A stretch of DNA of 64,000 bases, taken from Leucoraja erinacea. Lineage: Eukaryota. The position numbers and the translations under genes are program-made. The notes beneath the pieces were generated by a model that ran no database searches, was not told where the DNA came from, and was given only the letters and a program-made list of their open reading frames with translations. Positions 63,130 to 64,000 of this stretch are shown here, one piece after another; the first letter of the stretch is position 1; every line of letters starts with the position of its first letter. The DNA is taken from the NCBI RefSeq assembly GCF_028641065.1, contig NC_073393.1, forward strand, positions 21,514,001-21,578,000, given 5' to 3'.

Positions 63130-63385
63130 ATAGACACAAAAAGCTGGAGTAACTCAGCGGGTCAGGCAGCATCTCTGGAGAAAAGCAGTAGGTGACGCTT
63201 CGGGTAGAGACCCTTCTTCAGACGAGTCAGGGGGAAGCCATCCCCCAATCTCCAAGTCTGAAGAAGGGTCTCGACCCGAAACGTCACCTATTCCTTTTTT
63301 CCGGAGATGCTGCCTGACCCGCTGAGTTACTCCAGCTTGGTGTGTCTGTCTTCTGTTTAAACCAGCATCTGCAGTTCCTTCATAC
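63130..63385. mobile_element. Palindromic Penelope-derived element with hammerhead-like cores
   Basis: About 90-bp inverted arms. CTGAAGA-AGGGTCTCGACCC-GAAACGTC at 63258-63285. Confidence 0.7.
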
Positions 63386-63419
63386 ACGTTGGAGGAGGTG
63401 AACCAACTGTCCGGGAGAG

Positions 63420-64000
63420 AGATAGAGAGAGAGGCGGTGGCTCTACTCCCGGGAGCCGGTGCGGGGTAACCGAGTCACTCCCGGGACAGCCGCCGGCGGA
63501 ACGGCACTCGGTCCCGGACTAGAACTGCTCCAAAACCTCCACTGAGTTCTACCAAATCCCATTCCAACGCAGGGGACCCGGCGGCTGCCCGCGGCACGGG
63601 GGGACCCACTGTTCCCGCGACCCCCACGCCAGGGAAACCGAGCCAGGGAGGGGGGAGGGGGGGGAGAATAATCTCTCTGTCAATTTTAGGAGCCGCCCTT
63701 TACCTCCAGTCTCCATTCATTTTCCACGGGACACAGAGCGGCGCTGGTGAGTGCCCCGAGAGAGTGGGGAGGGGCGGCTGCGGGTGTGGAGAGTGGAAGA
63801 GGAGGGGGGAAGAAGGAGGAGGTGAGGAGGGGGGTGGAGGGGGACGAGAGAGAGAGGTGAGGAGCTCGGGACCGTGCGCCGGGCTGGAAGTCGCAGCCGT
63901 GCGGGAGAGAGCGAAGCCCGGGGGTGGGGGAACCGTGGCTGGAAGATGTGACCCCTCCAGCCCGAGGGGGAGGGGATAGGAGGGGTCCAGGGTAGAGGTC
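63420..64000. promoter_or_regulatory. CpG island / probable promoter and first-exon region
   Basis: Abrupt GC and CpG enrichment in non-repeat sequence, GGGGCGG box. Donor-like sites on both strands (- strand GAG|GTAAAG at 63704/63703; + strand CTG|GTGAGT at 63746/63747). Confidence 0.7.

Noticed and set aside
1-64000. Prokaryotic systems (CRISPR arrays, operons, defence islands)
   Set aside because: Spliced vertebrate genes and vertebrate TEs throughout. No repeat-spacer arrays seen.

Overview
This is eukaryotic vertebrate DNA, most likely from a cartilaginous fish (skate/ray), inferred from its CR1, Rex1, Penelope and V-SINE repeats. Two host genes are visible. (1) The 3' two-thirds of the meiotic telomere gene TERB1 (CCDC79) lies on the + strand as about 12 phase-consistent exons between 3744 and 48197. 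They encode the last ARM region, the TERB2-binding Cys/His motif, TRF1-binding-like motifs and the C-terminal Myb domain. (2) A convergent single-coding-exon gene on the - strand (57905-59806) encodes a 633-aa acidic protein whose N-terminus (MGGRLGRKRRGYNV) closely matches BASP1 (MGGKLSKKKKGYNV); it is a candidate unrecognised BASP1 paralogue. A CpG island ends the window. The introns are full of mobile DNA: two decayed Gypsy elements, CR1 LINEs (one near full length with an esterase ORF1), an intact-ORF Passport-like Tc1 element, a decayed Tc1, a Penelope element with many hammerhead-like derivatives, Helitron-like elements, MITEs and SINEs. The most unusual structure is a 400-bp fold-back LTR insertion (32868-33267): LTR + tRNA-Trp PBS + inverted U3, with a 4-bp TSD. 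Homology statements come from my recollection of known sequences, not from searches.
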